The notes beneath the pieces are model-generated. The model saw only the letters and a program-made list of their open reading frames with translations, had not been told where the DNA came from and did not search any database. A stretch of DNA of 64,000 nucleotides from assembly GCA_963702425.1 (NCBI GenBank), contig CAVPCQ010000018.1, forward strand, positions 1 to 64,000, given 5' to 3'. A program made the translations under genes and the position numbers. Positions 1-9,626 of this stretch are shown here, one piece after another (the first letter of the stretch is position 1; every line of letters begins with the position of its first letter). The stretch comes from an uncultured Acidobacteriota bacterium (GTDB taxonomy: Bacteria; Acidobacteriota; Polarisedimenticolia; J045).

Positions 1-1043
1 TCCGGCGCGCCGCAGCGGCGGCGCCGGGTGCAGTTGGATGGTCGGTCCAACACCCGGCGCAGCAACTCGGTCTCCGGCGTGCACGCGTCGCCACCGTCGC
101 ACCGAACCGCCGGTGGCATCCCGCGGCGCGGTCGGGCAGCATCGTTGCCCCGCCCAGGAGCCGCACGGCCGCCCGGGACCGCCGCTTCGGGAATCGGCTG
201 CTGCGCGAGCGCGAGCGCGCGGCGGTCGTTCAGGAAGAGCGAGAGCGGCGGCTTGTGGAGCTTCTGGAAGACGGCGTAGGCGCGTGCGGCCTGACGGCGC
301 GTCTCCTCCTGCCCGAGGCCCCGTGCGAGGCCATCGTAGAGCGCGAGGGCGACGTATGCCTCCGGCGCCATGTTCGTGGTCGTGAAGAGGAGCGGTTCGA
401 TCACCTCATCCACGAACTTCTGCGGAAACCAGCGCGCGCTCTGGCAGCCGACGAAGAAGACTCCGCGGGGCAGCGTCGCCACGGAGCGCGGCGCTTCTTC
501 GAGGTCGTCCGAGTCGATGCCGCCGAAGTAGATGTTGTGACCCCAGTAGCCGATGACGTAGGCACGGGAGAGAAGCGGACCCACGATCGGGTCGGCGGCT
601 AGGTCCGGCGGCCCGCTGCCGTGCTTGAGATGGAGGGCCATCTCCCGGACGGCGCGCGGCATGTCCGAGTAGGCGAGGTTCACGACGGTGAGCCGTCCTG
701 GCACACCCGGCACTCTCGCCTCCCAGACTTCGACGGAGATGGGGTCCTCCGTGCGCACTCTCCGGCAGGTCCGGGTGTAGTCGGTCACCTGCAGGAACGG
801 CAACCGGCTGCGGATCTCACGCGACCTCGCGAACAGCGCGGAGTGTCCGTAGAGGCGGCCCCAGTACAGGTTCTGGCCTGGATCGCCCTGGTTCTGGGAC
901 CAGAGGCCGACGTACGCAGCCACGACCACGTTCGTCCCCCGCGAGAGGCCCCCGCGGACCCGCTCGGCGACGGTCGTGGCTTCGACCCGCGCCGCGCAGG
1001 CGATCGCGATTACGGACAGCAGGCCGGCGCGCGCGGGCGTCAC
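1..1043 (-). CDS. Conserved hypothetical exported protein, 3' end runs off the window (absent from ORF track)
   Basis: Manual translation from GTG at 1043, overlapping the upstream stop (GTGA) and preceded by GAGGAGG: MTPARAGLLSVIAIACAARVEA...GDPGQNLYWGRLYG...IGYWGHN...FVGCQS...PLLFTTTNMAPEAY...AARAYAVFQK; frame stays open to base 1. Confidence 0.8.
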   Translation of the reverse strand, partial: MTPARAGLLSVIAIACAARVEATTVAERVRGGLSRGTNVVVAAYVGLWSQNQGDPGQNLYWGRLYGHSALFARSREIRSRLPFLQVTDYTRTCRRVRTEDPISVEVWEARVPGVPGRLTVVNLAYSDMPRAVREMALHLKHGSGPPDLAADPIVGPLLSRAYVIGYWGHNIYFGGIDSDDLEEAPRSVATLPRGVFFVGCQSARWFPQKFVDEVIEPLLFTTTNMAPEAYVALALYDGLARGLGQEETRRQAARAYAVFQKLHKPPLSLFLNDRRALALAQQPIPEAAVPGGRAAPGRGNDAARPRRGMPPAVRCDGGDACTPETELLRRVLDRPSNCTRRRRCGAP

Positions 1044-1981
1044 CTTTCCTCCTCGCTGCGGCGCCTCACGCCGACGACGTTGGGCACGGGCCATGCCCGC
1101 GCGTTGGAGTCGTCCTCGCGGAATCCGGTCTCGAAGCTCCCGACGAATTCGTGCACCTCCTCTCCGGACCGTACGTAGAGCTGCGCCTCGGGCCCGCCCT
1201 CGACGTACATCGCGCGGTGCAGGTTGATCGGCAGGACTCGCAGCGCGTCGACGAGGTCGTGCGTGGCGTACGGAGAGCGCACGTGGATGAAGAGCACCCT
1301 CCCCTGGCCGTCCACTCCGATGGCCGCGGTGCTCCAGCGCTTCGGTTGCCGGCTCCAGACGTTCCGGCCGCGGCAGGACAGCATGCGGATGTTCTGGATC
1401 AGGGTGCCGTAGTGCCGGCGGAGCGTCTCGAAGTCGTCGCATTCGAGATCGAGGAGCTGGACGCCTGAGATGCCGGGGAGGAGCGGATCGAAGGCCAGGA
1501 CCGCCTTGTCGCCCTCGCGCTGCCTCGCGTTGTTCACGTGCGTCCGCGTGCGCAAGAGGCCCACGCTGGTCCGGTGGTCGGTGCGGTACATGCTCGCGTT
1601 GGTCGCCGCCACGAGGCCGTTCCGCCGGCACCACTCGGCGGCCGTGAGCGGCGCGCCGCCCTCGACCGCCGACGCGCTCAGCAGCGTGAGCTCGAAGCGA
1701 CCAGGGTCGATCCGCAGGACTCGGATGCGGGAGTCCCCGACGTCCGAGGCCCAGGGGGCGTCGAACACTCCCAGCTCCAGGCCGGGCTCGAGCAGCGCCC
1801 ACGCTGGGGACGGCTCGGGCGCGATCCTCGGCGCGGCGGGAACTCGGGCGGCCGGTGCCACCGCCTGGGGACCGAGGCCGGCCCCGTCAGCGCTCGCACG
1901 GACCTCCCCTGGCAGGCCGCCCGCAGCCTCGAGGAACGCCACGAGTACCACGTGGCGAAGGACTACTTTCGTGTTCATCAC
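1040..1981 (-). CDS. Phosphodiester glycosidase (NAGPA/DUF2233-like) family exported protein
   Basis: Signal-like N-terminus; ATNASMY, STAAIGVDGQGRVLF and AMYVEGGPEAQL motifs resemble the family's NGG..., RTAIG and LDGGGS motifs. Confidence 0.7.
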   Translation of the reverse strand: MMNTKVVLRHVVLVAFLEAAGGLPGEVRASADGAGLGPQAVAPAARVPAAPRIAPEPSPAWALLEPGLELGVFDAPWASDVGDSRIRVLRIDPGRFELTLLSASAVEGGAPLTAAEWCRRNGLVAATNASMYRTDHRTSVGLLRTRTHVNNARQREGDKAVLAFDPLLPGISGVQLLDLECDDFETLRRHYGTLIQNIRMLSCRGRNVWSRQPKRWSTAAIGVDGQGRVLFIHVRSPYATHDLVDALRVLPINLHRAMYVEGGPEAQLYVRSGEEVHEFVGSFETGFREDDSNARAWPVPNVVGVRRRSEEER

Positions 1982-2008
1982 GTCCCTCCCCTCCTCGGCC
2001 GGCCAGGA

Positions 2009-2788
2009 TCACGAATCCCGCCGGATCGTGACCGGGGTCCCGTCGGGCAGCAGGTCGAACAGCTCGCGTATGTCCTGGTTGCGGAGGCCGATGCACCCCT
2101 GCGTCCAGTCGGTCCTCACGAAGGGCGTCTCCGGGTCGCGGTCTCCTGGCTGGAGCCCGGCCAGCTCGTGGCGCTCGGCATCACCCCCGACTCCCAGCCA
2201 GTAGGCCGTCTCTTCCGGATGCTGGCCGTGGATCAGGATCATGCCCCCGAGGGCCGTGTCCTGCGGCGGGCAGCGCTGCGACGCGATGGCGCGCAGGATC
2301 GACGTCCGTTCCTCGCGGTCGATCAGGCCCTGCGCGAGACCCCGATCGGCATCGGCGTCATTCGGATACGCGAGCAGGAGAGCTCGATGGTAGCGCGTCG
2401 CGTCGCGGTGCTCGCAGATGGAGTACTCCCCCTCCGGCGTGCGCCCATCTCCGATCCGCTCCTTCGGCCGTTCGGGATCCGGTCCCAGCTCGATGCGGTA
2501 GGTCTTGAGTACGACGTTGCCGCTCCTGACGACGAGCCGACGAGGTCCCTTGAGAATCTCGACGCGCGCTGCCCGTATCCGACCTTCCGCGAGCGCGCCG
2601 GCCGAAGACGCCGCGGCCCTCAGCGAGCCGGAGGACGGGGCGGCCGGTGAGCCGGATGGCGCCTCCACTCGCGTCTCCGGCTGCGCGCGCGGGCCGGGCG
2701 CCGCGATGCCCGCCACGAGGCTCGCGAGTGTCATCCCGAGCCAGAACGCCGCGCGTGGCGGGACCCGCTCACCGGCCGCGATCCGCAT
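2009..2788 (-). CDS. L,D-transpeptidase (YkuD family)
   Basis: GDGRTPEGEY, ILIHG and DWTQGCIGLRNQDIRELF catalytic motifs; true start is ATG 2788 (TGATG coupling), not 3952. Confidence 0.85.
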   Translation of the reverse strand: MRIAAGERVPPRAAFWLGMTLASLVAGIAAPGPRAQPETRVEAPSGSPAAPSSGSLRAAASSAGALAEGRIRAARVEILKGPRRLVVRSGNVVLKTYRIELGPDPERPKERIGDGRTPEGEYSICEHRDATRYHRALLLAYPNDADADRGLAQGLIDREERTSILRAIASQRCPPQDTALGGMILIHGQHPEETAYWLGVGGDAERHELAGLQPGDRDPETPFVRTDWTQGCIGLRNQDIRELFDLLPDGTPVTIRRDS

Positions 2789-3897
2789 CAGGACCCTCCC
2801 GCGCCCCTCGAGCCGGGTTCCTTCCCGACCACGCTTCGGCGAATCCAGGTTTCCCCGCGGCCCAGGTCGCGCGTTTCGAAGACGACCGTTTGGGCGCCGT
2901 CCACCGTCGTCAGCTTCATCCTCCCGCCGATCTCCTCCTCGGAGCGCCTGCCGGCCGGCGGGTCTTCGAGGAACGCGCGCACCGCTTCGATCGCCGGGGG
3001 CGTACCCGGCACGGCCTGCGCCTCCGCGAGCGCTTCGACCGCCCCCGCCTCGAGGAGCTTCGACCACTGAGCCCGGAACAGCGCCGGAGATGCGTACAGC
3101 TCCGCCGAGCTGAGGTTGCCGTTGACGGCGAAGGCGCATCCGACGACGTCGCTTTCGCCGCCCGTGACCCTTCCCAGCGCCTCCAGGTAGGGCCGGATCC
3201 CGGCCCTCACGGCCGAGGTTTCCATCGTGAGCTGCATGCTGCTGGGCGAGCCCGCGTCCAGCGCGCCGATCCCGGTGTTCTCGTGCAGCTTTCGCTGGGT
3301 CTCGGCCACGGCGACCCAGACCTGCCCCTGCTGCTTTCGTTGCCGCGCGGCGAGCTTCAGCTCCTTGCCGGCCAGGGATCGCGACGACTCGCTGAAGTGC
3401 CGGGAGGGCTCCACTCCGCGCTGCGCCCAGCGCCGCTGCTCGACGCAGAACGCAGCCACGTCGACCTTCCCTGATTTCGGCGGCACGACGACGTCCACGC
3501 CCAGCGTACGGTCCTGCCGTCCCCCCTTCACGAGGTCGCCGGCCTGGACGAACACCTCGTCGTCGGAGATGTTCTCGATCGCGAGGCGGCCCACATCGTC
3601 CGTTTCGTGCACGATCACCTTCTTCGCGCGGAGCGCGGCGTCGAGGGTGATCGGCGTCCTTCCTCCGAGGCGATCCGAGCCATGCACGAGGTAGACGGCC
3701 AGATTCGCATGAGCATGGGGTCCCGAGATGGTGGGCGCGCCAGGCATCGCGCCGCCGCCACCCGACGCCCCAGGCGCCCCTGCGGGCGGGGAGCTTTCCG
3801 TGCAACCCGCAGTGAGCCCCGAGATCGCGAGGAGTAACACTGCTGCGGCCGCAAGGAAGGGCGCCCCGACCGATTCGGACGACGTCTTCGCGTTCAT
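2788..3897 (-). CDS. ARPP-1/DUF6569-domain putative lipoprotein
   Basis: AAGGAGG before ATG 3897; hydrophobic stretch ending LTAG-C lipobox; VFVQAGDLVKGGRQDR and AFCVEQRRW motifs. Confidence 0.75.
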   Translation of the reverse strand: MNAKTSSESVGAPFLAAAAVLLLAISGLTAGCTESSPPAGAPGASGGGGAMPGAPTISGPHAHANLAVYLVHGSDRLGGRTPITLDAALRAKKVIVHETDDVGRLAIENISDDEVFVQAGDLVKGGRQDRTLGVDVVVPPKSGKVDVAAFCVEQRRWAQRGVEPSRHFSESSRSLAGKELKLAARQRKQQGQVWVAVAETQRKLHENTGIGALDAGSPSSMQLTMETSAVRAGIRPYLEALGRVTGGESDVVGCAFAVNGNLSSAELYASPALFRAQWSKLLEAGAVEALAEAQAVPGTPPAIEAVRAFLEDPPAGRRSEEEIGGRMKLTTVDGAQTVVFETRDLGRGETWIRRSVVGKEPGSRGAGGS

Positions 3898-3974
3898 GAG
3901 AGCCTCCTTGGGATGAGAAGGGTGCGCCCCCTGAGCACGCTGTACCAGACATCCGCGCGCAAAATGACTGATCC

Positions 3975-3996
3975 TTTCTTTTGCGTTTCTTTTACG
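3975..3996. promoter_or_regulatory. Tandem 11-bp direct repeat, candidate OmpR/PhoB-family operator
   Basis: TTTCTTTTGCG-TTTCTTTTACG in an AT-rich patch between divergent genes; minus strand reads GTAAA-N6-GCAAA. Confidence 0.6.
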
Positions 3997-4073
3997 ATCA
4001 GATCCTGCTCGAGAGAGGCCCTCGGGCATCATCCTGATGCATCATGGAGAGGTCGGAGCGCGAAGGAGACGAG

Positions 4074-4784
4074 ATGCCCAAGCCGACGGCGGCACCTCCC
4101 AAGGTCCGCATCCTGATCGTCGAGGACGAGGATCCCATCCGCCACGGACTCGTCGACGTCTTCCTCTACCACGGCTACGAGGTGACGGCCGTCGCGGACG
4201 GCCGAGAGGGCCTGGAACAGTCGCTGTCCGGCGGCTTCCACCTCATCGTCCTCGACCTGATGCTCCCGTCCGTCGACGGCTTCGCGATCTGCGATGCGGT
4301 ACGGCAGCGGGATCGTACCCAACCGATCATCATGCTGACGGCGAAGGGAGACGAGGACGACATCATTCAAGGCCTCAGGAGCGGGGCCGACGACTACGTC
4401 GTCAAGCCGTTCTCCGTGCGCGAACTGGTGGCTCGGGCGGAGGCCGTGCTGAGGCGCAGCCAGAAACTCGCGGCGGACCAGGAGAAAGTCTGCTGGAAAG
4501 GGATGACGGTGGATCCGCGGACTCTCACGGCCGAGATCGATGGACGGCCGGTGGAGCTGACACGACGCGAGCTCGACATCCTGCGATACCTCATCCGCGC
4601 CAGCGACCGCCCAGTCAGCCGCAGCGAGCTGCTGCGGGAGGTGTGGGGCTACCGCGACCCCGACATCGACACCCGGACGGTCGACATCCACATCGCGAAG
4701 CTGCGACGCAAGATCGAGCAGAATCCCGACGAGCCTCGTCGAATCCGGACCGTGCGCGGCGAGGGTTACCGGGTGGACTCGTGA
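4074..4784 (+). CDS. OmpR-family response regulator
   Basis: ILIVEDE, LDLMLP, LTAK, GADDYVVKPF and TVRGEGY winged-helix end; AAGGAG before ATG 4074. Confidence 0.95.
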   Translation: MPKPTAAPPKVRILIVEDEDPIRHGLVDVFLYHGYEVTAVADGREGLEQSLSGGFHLIVLDLMLPSVDGFAICDAVRQRDRTQPIIMLTAKGDEDDIIQGLRSGADDYVVKPFSVRELVARAEAVLRRSQKLAADQEKVCWKGMTVDPRTLTAEIDGRPVELTRRELDILRYLIRASDRPVSRSELLREVWGYRDPDIDTRTVDIHIAKLRRKIEQNPDEPRRIRTVRGEGYRVDS

Positions 4785-4785
4785 G

Positions 4786-6678
4786 ATGAAACGCCTCCGC
4801 CGGCAGTTTGCGATCTTCGCCATCGTGCTGGTCGCGGGCTTCGTCCTCGTCGTCGTGCGCTCGTTCCGGCAGGTGGACCGCGAGGAGCGGGATCTCGCGC
4901 GCGGGTCCGCCGAGCGAGTCTTCGAGCAGGTGCAGAGCCGGCTCGACGCGCTGCTCGAGGCCGAGACCGGGCGCCCCTTCGGGGAGTTCCGCTTCTTCCA
5001 GGCGGCAATGGGCGAACGCGCGGGAGAGCCCTCTCTCGCGCGGTCACCACTCTCCCGTTTGCCGAGAGACGACGAAGGAGGGCTCGTCGGGTATTTTCAG
5101 ATCGACCCGAGTGGCTCCTTCACGACGCCGCACCTGCCCGCGGGCACGCTCCCCCGGTCCGGCCTGCCGGCCGAGGAGCGGAGCGCCCGCGAGGAACGTC
5201 ACGCGCTGCTCGCCCGCCTCACGACCTCATTCCAGGCGCGGATGACCGAGGGCGCGACCCGGAGCGACATGGCCGGGGGTGCCCCGACCGCGGTCGACCT
5301 CGGGTCGACCTCCAAGGACCTGATGGTCGAGGACCTCGGCTACCTCGAGGAGAAGGCGGCGCTGCGTGCCCGCGCGCGCGAGGACGCCCGGCGCCGCAAG
5401 ATCGCCGAGAAGCGGCTCCTGTCGCGTGGCGAGGCGCCCACGGCAGAGGAGTTGCGCGTCTTCGAGGAGCAGACGCGGTCCGTCGCGGATGCCGGAACGC
5501 CGCTTCCCACGAGCGTGCGGGGGGCGCGCGCGGTGTCGATCGATCCGTTCCAGGCCCGGCTCGTCGAGAAGCGGTTCATCGTCTTCTACCGCAAGCTCTG
5601 GCTGGACCGCACGCTCTACCTCCAGGGGTTCGTGCTCGACGGGCGTCAGTTCTTCGACTCACTGATGGCGCAGACGTTGGTGCGCTCGCCTCTGGCCGGT
5701 CACGGCGTCGCGTCGCTGATCCTCGGGAGCGACGAACTGGCGCGTTACGAGTCGGCTGTGGACGTTCCGCCCGACGAGCCGCCCCTGTTCGAACGATCAC
5801 TCGACTACCCGCTCGACCGCTTCGTCTGGCGGTTCTGGGCCGCGTCCTATCCGCGACTAGCGACGCGCGATGCGCTGTCGGTGCTCGCGGTCCTCGGCGG
5901 TGCGATCCTGGCGCTCGGCCTCGCGTCCATCTACCGGACCGCCTCCACCGAGGTTCGTCTCTCGCAGAAGCGCCAGGACCTCGTCTCGGCCGTGACGCAC
6001 GAGTTGCGCACTCCGCTGACGTCCATCCGGATGTACGCCGAGATGCTCGAGGAGGGCATGGCGACGGACGACGCGAAGAGGTCCGAGTACTATGGCCAAA
6101 TCAGCCGGGAGAGCGCACGACTGTCCCGCCTGATCGAGAATGTGCTCCAGCTCGCGCGGCTGGAGAAAGGCGTCTACCGCGTCGACGCCCAGGTGCGCGA
6201 GCCCTCCGTCGATTTCTCGGAGATCTGCCGCGAGCTGACGCCGCTCGCGGAGCGCCAGGGCTTCCATCTCACGAGCACCGCGCCGCCGGGCCCCCTGCCG
6301 GTCATCGCCTACGACCCGGACGCCATCCGGCAGGTCTTCCTCTCGTTCCTCGACAACAGCGTGAAGTTCGCCGCCGGCGCCGCGGAGCGCGTGCTCGAAG
6401 TGTCGCTCGCAGCGGAGGGCGAGACCATCGTCTGGGCGTGGAGCGATCGCGGCCCCGGGGTTCCCAGGGCCGAGCTCGGACGCATCTTCGAGACGTTCTA
6501 CCGCGTCGAAGGGGAAGCCACGCGCCGCACGAAGGGAACCGGGATCGGTCTTGCCATCGCGCGGATGCTGGCCGAGGCGATGGGGGCCCGGATCGAGGCG
6601 CGCAACCGGCCGGCCGACGACGGCGGCGGGCTCGAGATCCGGCTCGTCTTCCGCGTAGCGCGAGCGGGAGAGGCGTGA
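4786..6678 (+). CDS. Membrane sensor histidine kinase (HisKA + HATPase)
   Basis: Two TM segments; THELRTPL H-box, DNSVKF, DRGPG, GTGIGL. Confidence 0.93.
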   Translation: MKRLRRQFAIFAIVLVAGFVLVVVRSFRQVDREERDLARGSAERVFEQVQSRLDALLEAETGRPFGEFRFFQAAMGERAGEPSLARSPLSRLPRDDEGGLVGYFQIDPSGSFTTPHLPAGTLPRSGLPAEERSAREERHALLARLTTSFQARMTEGATRSDMAGGAPTAVDLGSTSKDLMVEDLGYLEEKAALRARAREDARRRKIAEKRLLSRGEAPTAEELRVFEEQTRSVADAGTPLPTSVRGARAVSIDPFQARLVEKRFIVFYRKLWLDRTLYLQGFVLDGRQFFDSLMAQTLVRSPLAGHGVASLILGSDELARYESAVDVPPDEPPLFERSLDYPLDRFVWRFWAASYPRLATRDALSVLAVLGGAILALGLASIYRTASTEVRLSQKRQDLVSAVTHELRTPLTSIRMYAEMLEEGMATDDAKRSEYYGQISRESARLSRLIENVLQLARLEKGVYRVDAQVREPSVDFSEICRELTPLAERQGFHLTSTAPPGPLPVIAYDPDAIRQVFLSFLDNSVKFAAGAAERVLEVSLAAEGETIVWAWSDRGPGVPRAELGRIFETFYRVEGEATRRTKGTGIGLAIARMLAEAMGARIEARNRPADDGGGLEIRLVFRVARAGEA

Positions 6679-6974
6679 CGTGGGATGAGCGTGGCCACCC
6701 TGGTGACAAAGTTCTCCCGCGAGGGTGAGATCCTGTGGGATGCACGGTCGGCGGATAGTCGCCATTGGTCGCATTCCCACGGACACAGGGCGGCGCCGAT
6801 GAGCGGTTCGGAGCTGACTCGGGACCGCAGGCGTGTCACGGCCTGCCACCGCGCTGGGTGCGCGCAAGTTCGCAGGGACGACAACGCCGCTTTCACGCGA
6901 CTCGATGATGCGGCTGCAAGAGATGCGGATGCCCTGAGCGCGGACGATGCGCCCTTCGCGGACAAGGAGCGCTC

Positions 6975-7496
6975 TTGGATAGCCCAGTGAGCGCACGTGT
7001 TGGGATTGACTTCGGGGGGGTGATCGTCCGGACTCTCAAGGAGGTCCCGGGCGAAGACACGGGGTTCGAATACTCTGCTGGGTCGCAGGTCGCCCGTGAC
7101 GGGGCGTATGAGGCGATCCGCCAGATCGTCTCGGCCTGTGACGGTCGCGTATGGATCGTCTCGAAGGCGGGGCCCCGCATGCAAGCGCGGACACTTGCGT
7201 GGTTGGACGCCGTTGACTTCTTCTCACGCACCGACTTGGAGCCCGATCATGTGCGCTTCTGCCTCCAAAGGGAAGATAAGGAGAGAATCTGTCGAGACCT
7301 CGGAATCACCCACTTCATCGACGACCGTGTGCACGTCATGCAGATTCTCCGGGGCACAGTTCAGCATCTTTATCTGTTCGGCGAGCCTGGTGGTGAGAAG
7401 TTCTGTCCGCCATGGGCGACCTTCGCATCATCCTGGGCTGACGTGGTCGACCTGGTGACGCGCTCCGCCCGAAAGGACCGCCCACCAAGGAAATGA
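6975..7496 (+). CDS. HAD-superfamily-like protein
   Basis: VGIDFGGVI, IVSK and HFIDDR motifs; AAGGAG before TTG. Confidence 0.7.
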   Translation: MDSPVSARVGIDFGGVIVRTLKEVPGEDTGFEYSAGSQVARDGAYEAIRQIVSACDGRVWIVSKAGPRMQARTLAWLDAVDFFSRTDLEPDHVRFCLQREDKERICRDLGITHFIDDRVHVMQILRGTVQHLYLFGEPGGEKFCPPWATFASSWADVVDLVTRSARKDRPPRK

Positions 7497-8016
7497 TGCG
7501 GACCGGGCACCGCCTGTCCGCATATTCGAAGGCGTTGGACACGACAGGAGCCCGGAGGTTGGCGCAAGTGCGGAGACGACCAGTCCTGAGCATTCTGGCT
7601 ATCGGCCTCGCGCCATTCGGCGTCACATTCGGAGAGAATCCGACGGACCCCGAGCCGCGATAGGTGTCCTTCCTGGTGCGCGTCTGTGAGAGCGACGAGC
7701 CGAGGCTGCTTTGAGGAGCGGTGCGCAGAGAAGGTGTGGGTCCAGTGCGAGCGTCCGGTCGATGCCATTCCGGTAACGCTACGGGCAGGCATCTTCCTCG
7801 CCGCCGGTGCCACCCTGAGCCGGTGCTGAGACGCGGGCAATTCGGCCCATTCGCCATCCATGGTGGACATCGTGGACGACCGGGTTGCCTTCGGCGCGGA
7901 GAAGGCGCTGCTGGACGCGTTGTTCGAGGCGCCCGGGAAGTGATCCGGGTCGGGAGGCCCCCCCCCTTGCCGTAGCTCATTGACCCCGCACACGTCCCGT
8001 CGGCAAGATAGGGGCT

Positions 8017-8700
8017 ATGCAGACTTGGGCCGTCCTCTTCGACGTGTTCGGGACGCTCATCGACCTGCCGGAAGCCTCCCCATACGCCGATCTGCTCGCC
8101 CCGCTGGGGCTGCCGGGCGCCCGCGTCAGGGAGCTGATGGATGGCTTCCTGACCGAGCCACTCCCCACCCTGGCGGAGGCGGTTCGGAGTGTGGTGGACG
8201 GCCAGGCCGGGGTCTCCATCCGCCCGGAGACCCTGGCGCGGGCTGAGGCTTCCTTGAGCGCCCAGCTCCGCGGCTGCCGGCTGGTCGATGGAGCCCTGGA
8301 AGTCATGCAGGAGCTGGCAGCCCGCGGGCTGCAGTTGGGGCTGGTCTCCAACATGGCCGGACCGTACGTGGAACCGATTCGCTCGCTCGGCCTGGCCCGT
8401 CTCGTCCAGGCGGAGATCTACTCCTTCAATGTGGGCTGGCTCAAACCGGATCCCCGTATCTTCCACCTTGCCCTGACGCGACTCGGCGTCGAGCCGGCCG
8501 AGACGATCATGGTCGGCGACAACCCGCTCGACGACGTCGAGGGGGCACGCTCTGCCGGGATCGGGGCCATCCTGATCGACCCTGCGGCCCCATCGGGTCG
8601 TGGGACGATCCGGAGCCTGCGGGAGCTGCCGGGGCCGTTGCCCGCCCTTGCGGATGTGTCCACTGGGGGCGGGCTTCCCCGAAAACCCGGTCCGCGGTGA
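8017..8700 (+). CDS. HAD-IA family hydrolase
   Basis: FDVFGTL, LVSN, KPDPRIF, VGDNPLDDVEGA. Confidence 0.88.
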   Translation: MQTWAVLFDVFGTLIDLPEASPYADLLAPLGLPGARVRELMDGFLTEPLPTLAEAVRSVVDGQAGVSIRPETLARAEASLSAQLRGCRLVDGALEVMQELAARGLQLGLVSNMAGPYVEPIRSLGLARLVQAEIYSFNVGWLKPDPRIFHLALTRLGVEPAETIMVGDNPLDDVEGARSAGIGAILIDPAAPSGRGTIRSLRELPGPLPALADVSTGGGLPRKPGPR

Positions 8701-9110
8701 CTCCCCGTCCTCGGGCAGGTGCGGGCCGGTCCCCCGTCAGTCTCGAGCCCGACGAGGATCTGTTTCCGGACGCAAACGCCTGCGTGGCTTACGCGTGCGC
8801 CCCTTCGCGCCCTGTCACCGAGGACCGGTTCCGACTGCTCGGCCGCTTCGTGCCGCTGCTCGACGCCGCAGGCCGGGGCGAGCTGTTCGCGGTGTTCGAT
8901 GGTGTATCGACCAGTAGGAAGGGCGCCATCGCCGCGCAGGCGATGTGCGACGCGCTACCACGCTGGTACCGGGAGTCGGAGTGGTTCCCCCCAACGGCCG
9001 AGAGCCTGAATCGTCTGATCCTCGAGGCCAACGACTCGGTCCGCTGCCTGGGAATCGACCCGGATTCCGGTCTTCCCCTGGGCGCCTGCGTCGGGACCGT
9101 GGGCAGATAA
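8697..9110 (+). pseudogene. PP2C-type phosphatase N-terminal fragment truncated by an IS91 end
   Basis: TEDRF and LFAVFDG motifs; the frame ends at a TAA inside the repeat starting at 9102; C-terminal SDG/DN motifs are missing. Confidence 0.6.
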
Positions 9111-9455
9111 GCGATTCAAGCCGCGGATTGTGCGGCAGAGAGCATAGCCGCGGGCCTGCAGGAAGGGGGAGCGCCCGGCCGCGGAGGCGGACCGCGGCCG
9201 GGCGCGGCGCGGCGCGGGGATCGGCCCCGCATGGGACCCGCGGAGGTCGTTCGCGGACGCGGAGTTCCGCCCTGTGGGTGGGTCAGACCCGCGTGGGCCG
9301 GGGCGTTCGTCGATGAGTTCAGTCCGCCGCGGCGTTGCCGGGAGAGGGGAGCGGGTCCGGCTCGGTGCGGGCCGGCGCGTGGGGCGGGTCACGGGAGGCC
9401 AGCCCGAGGCAGTCGAGGATCGCGCGGGTCGTGTCGGGTGGGTGGATCTGGGCCA
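9102..9455 (-). mobile_element. IS91/ISCR-family 3' end relic, type A copy 1
   Basis: 354-bp near-identical direct repeat of 11233-11586; minus strand encodes AQIHPPDTTRAILDCLGLASRDPP and ends GCTTGAATCGCTTATCTGCC, resembling an oriIS. Confidence 0.75.
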
Positions 9456-9626
9456 CCGCGGGCAGCTCGGACAGCAGCTGCCGCCCGAAGAAGCCGAGAT
9501 CCTGCGACGCCGCGTCGCCAAGCAGCAGGCGCGCGTCGAGGCGACGCAGAAGGCCTGACGAGACATCGCTCCACGAGGCGTCACGGGGCGCAGTGCCGGA
9601 CCGGCGATGCGCCCTGTGACATGCAC

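Noticed and set aside
6685-6990. 101-aa ORF downstream of the histidine kinase
   Set aside because: No motif or clear RBS; atypical composition.
7497-7990. Possible gene fragments (e.g. MVDIVDDRVAFGAEKALLDALFEAPGK* and ORF 7370-7993)
   Set aside because: No recognisable motif or RBS; probably decayed DNA.
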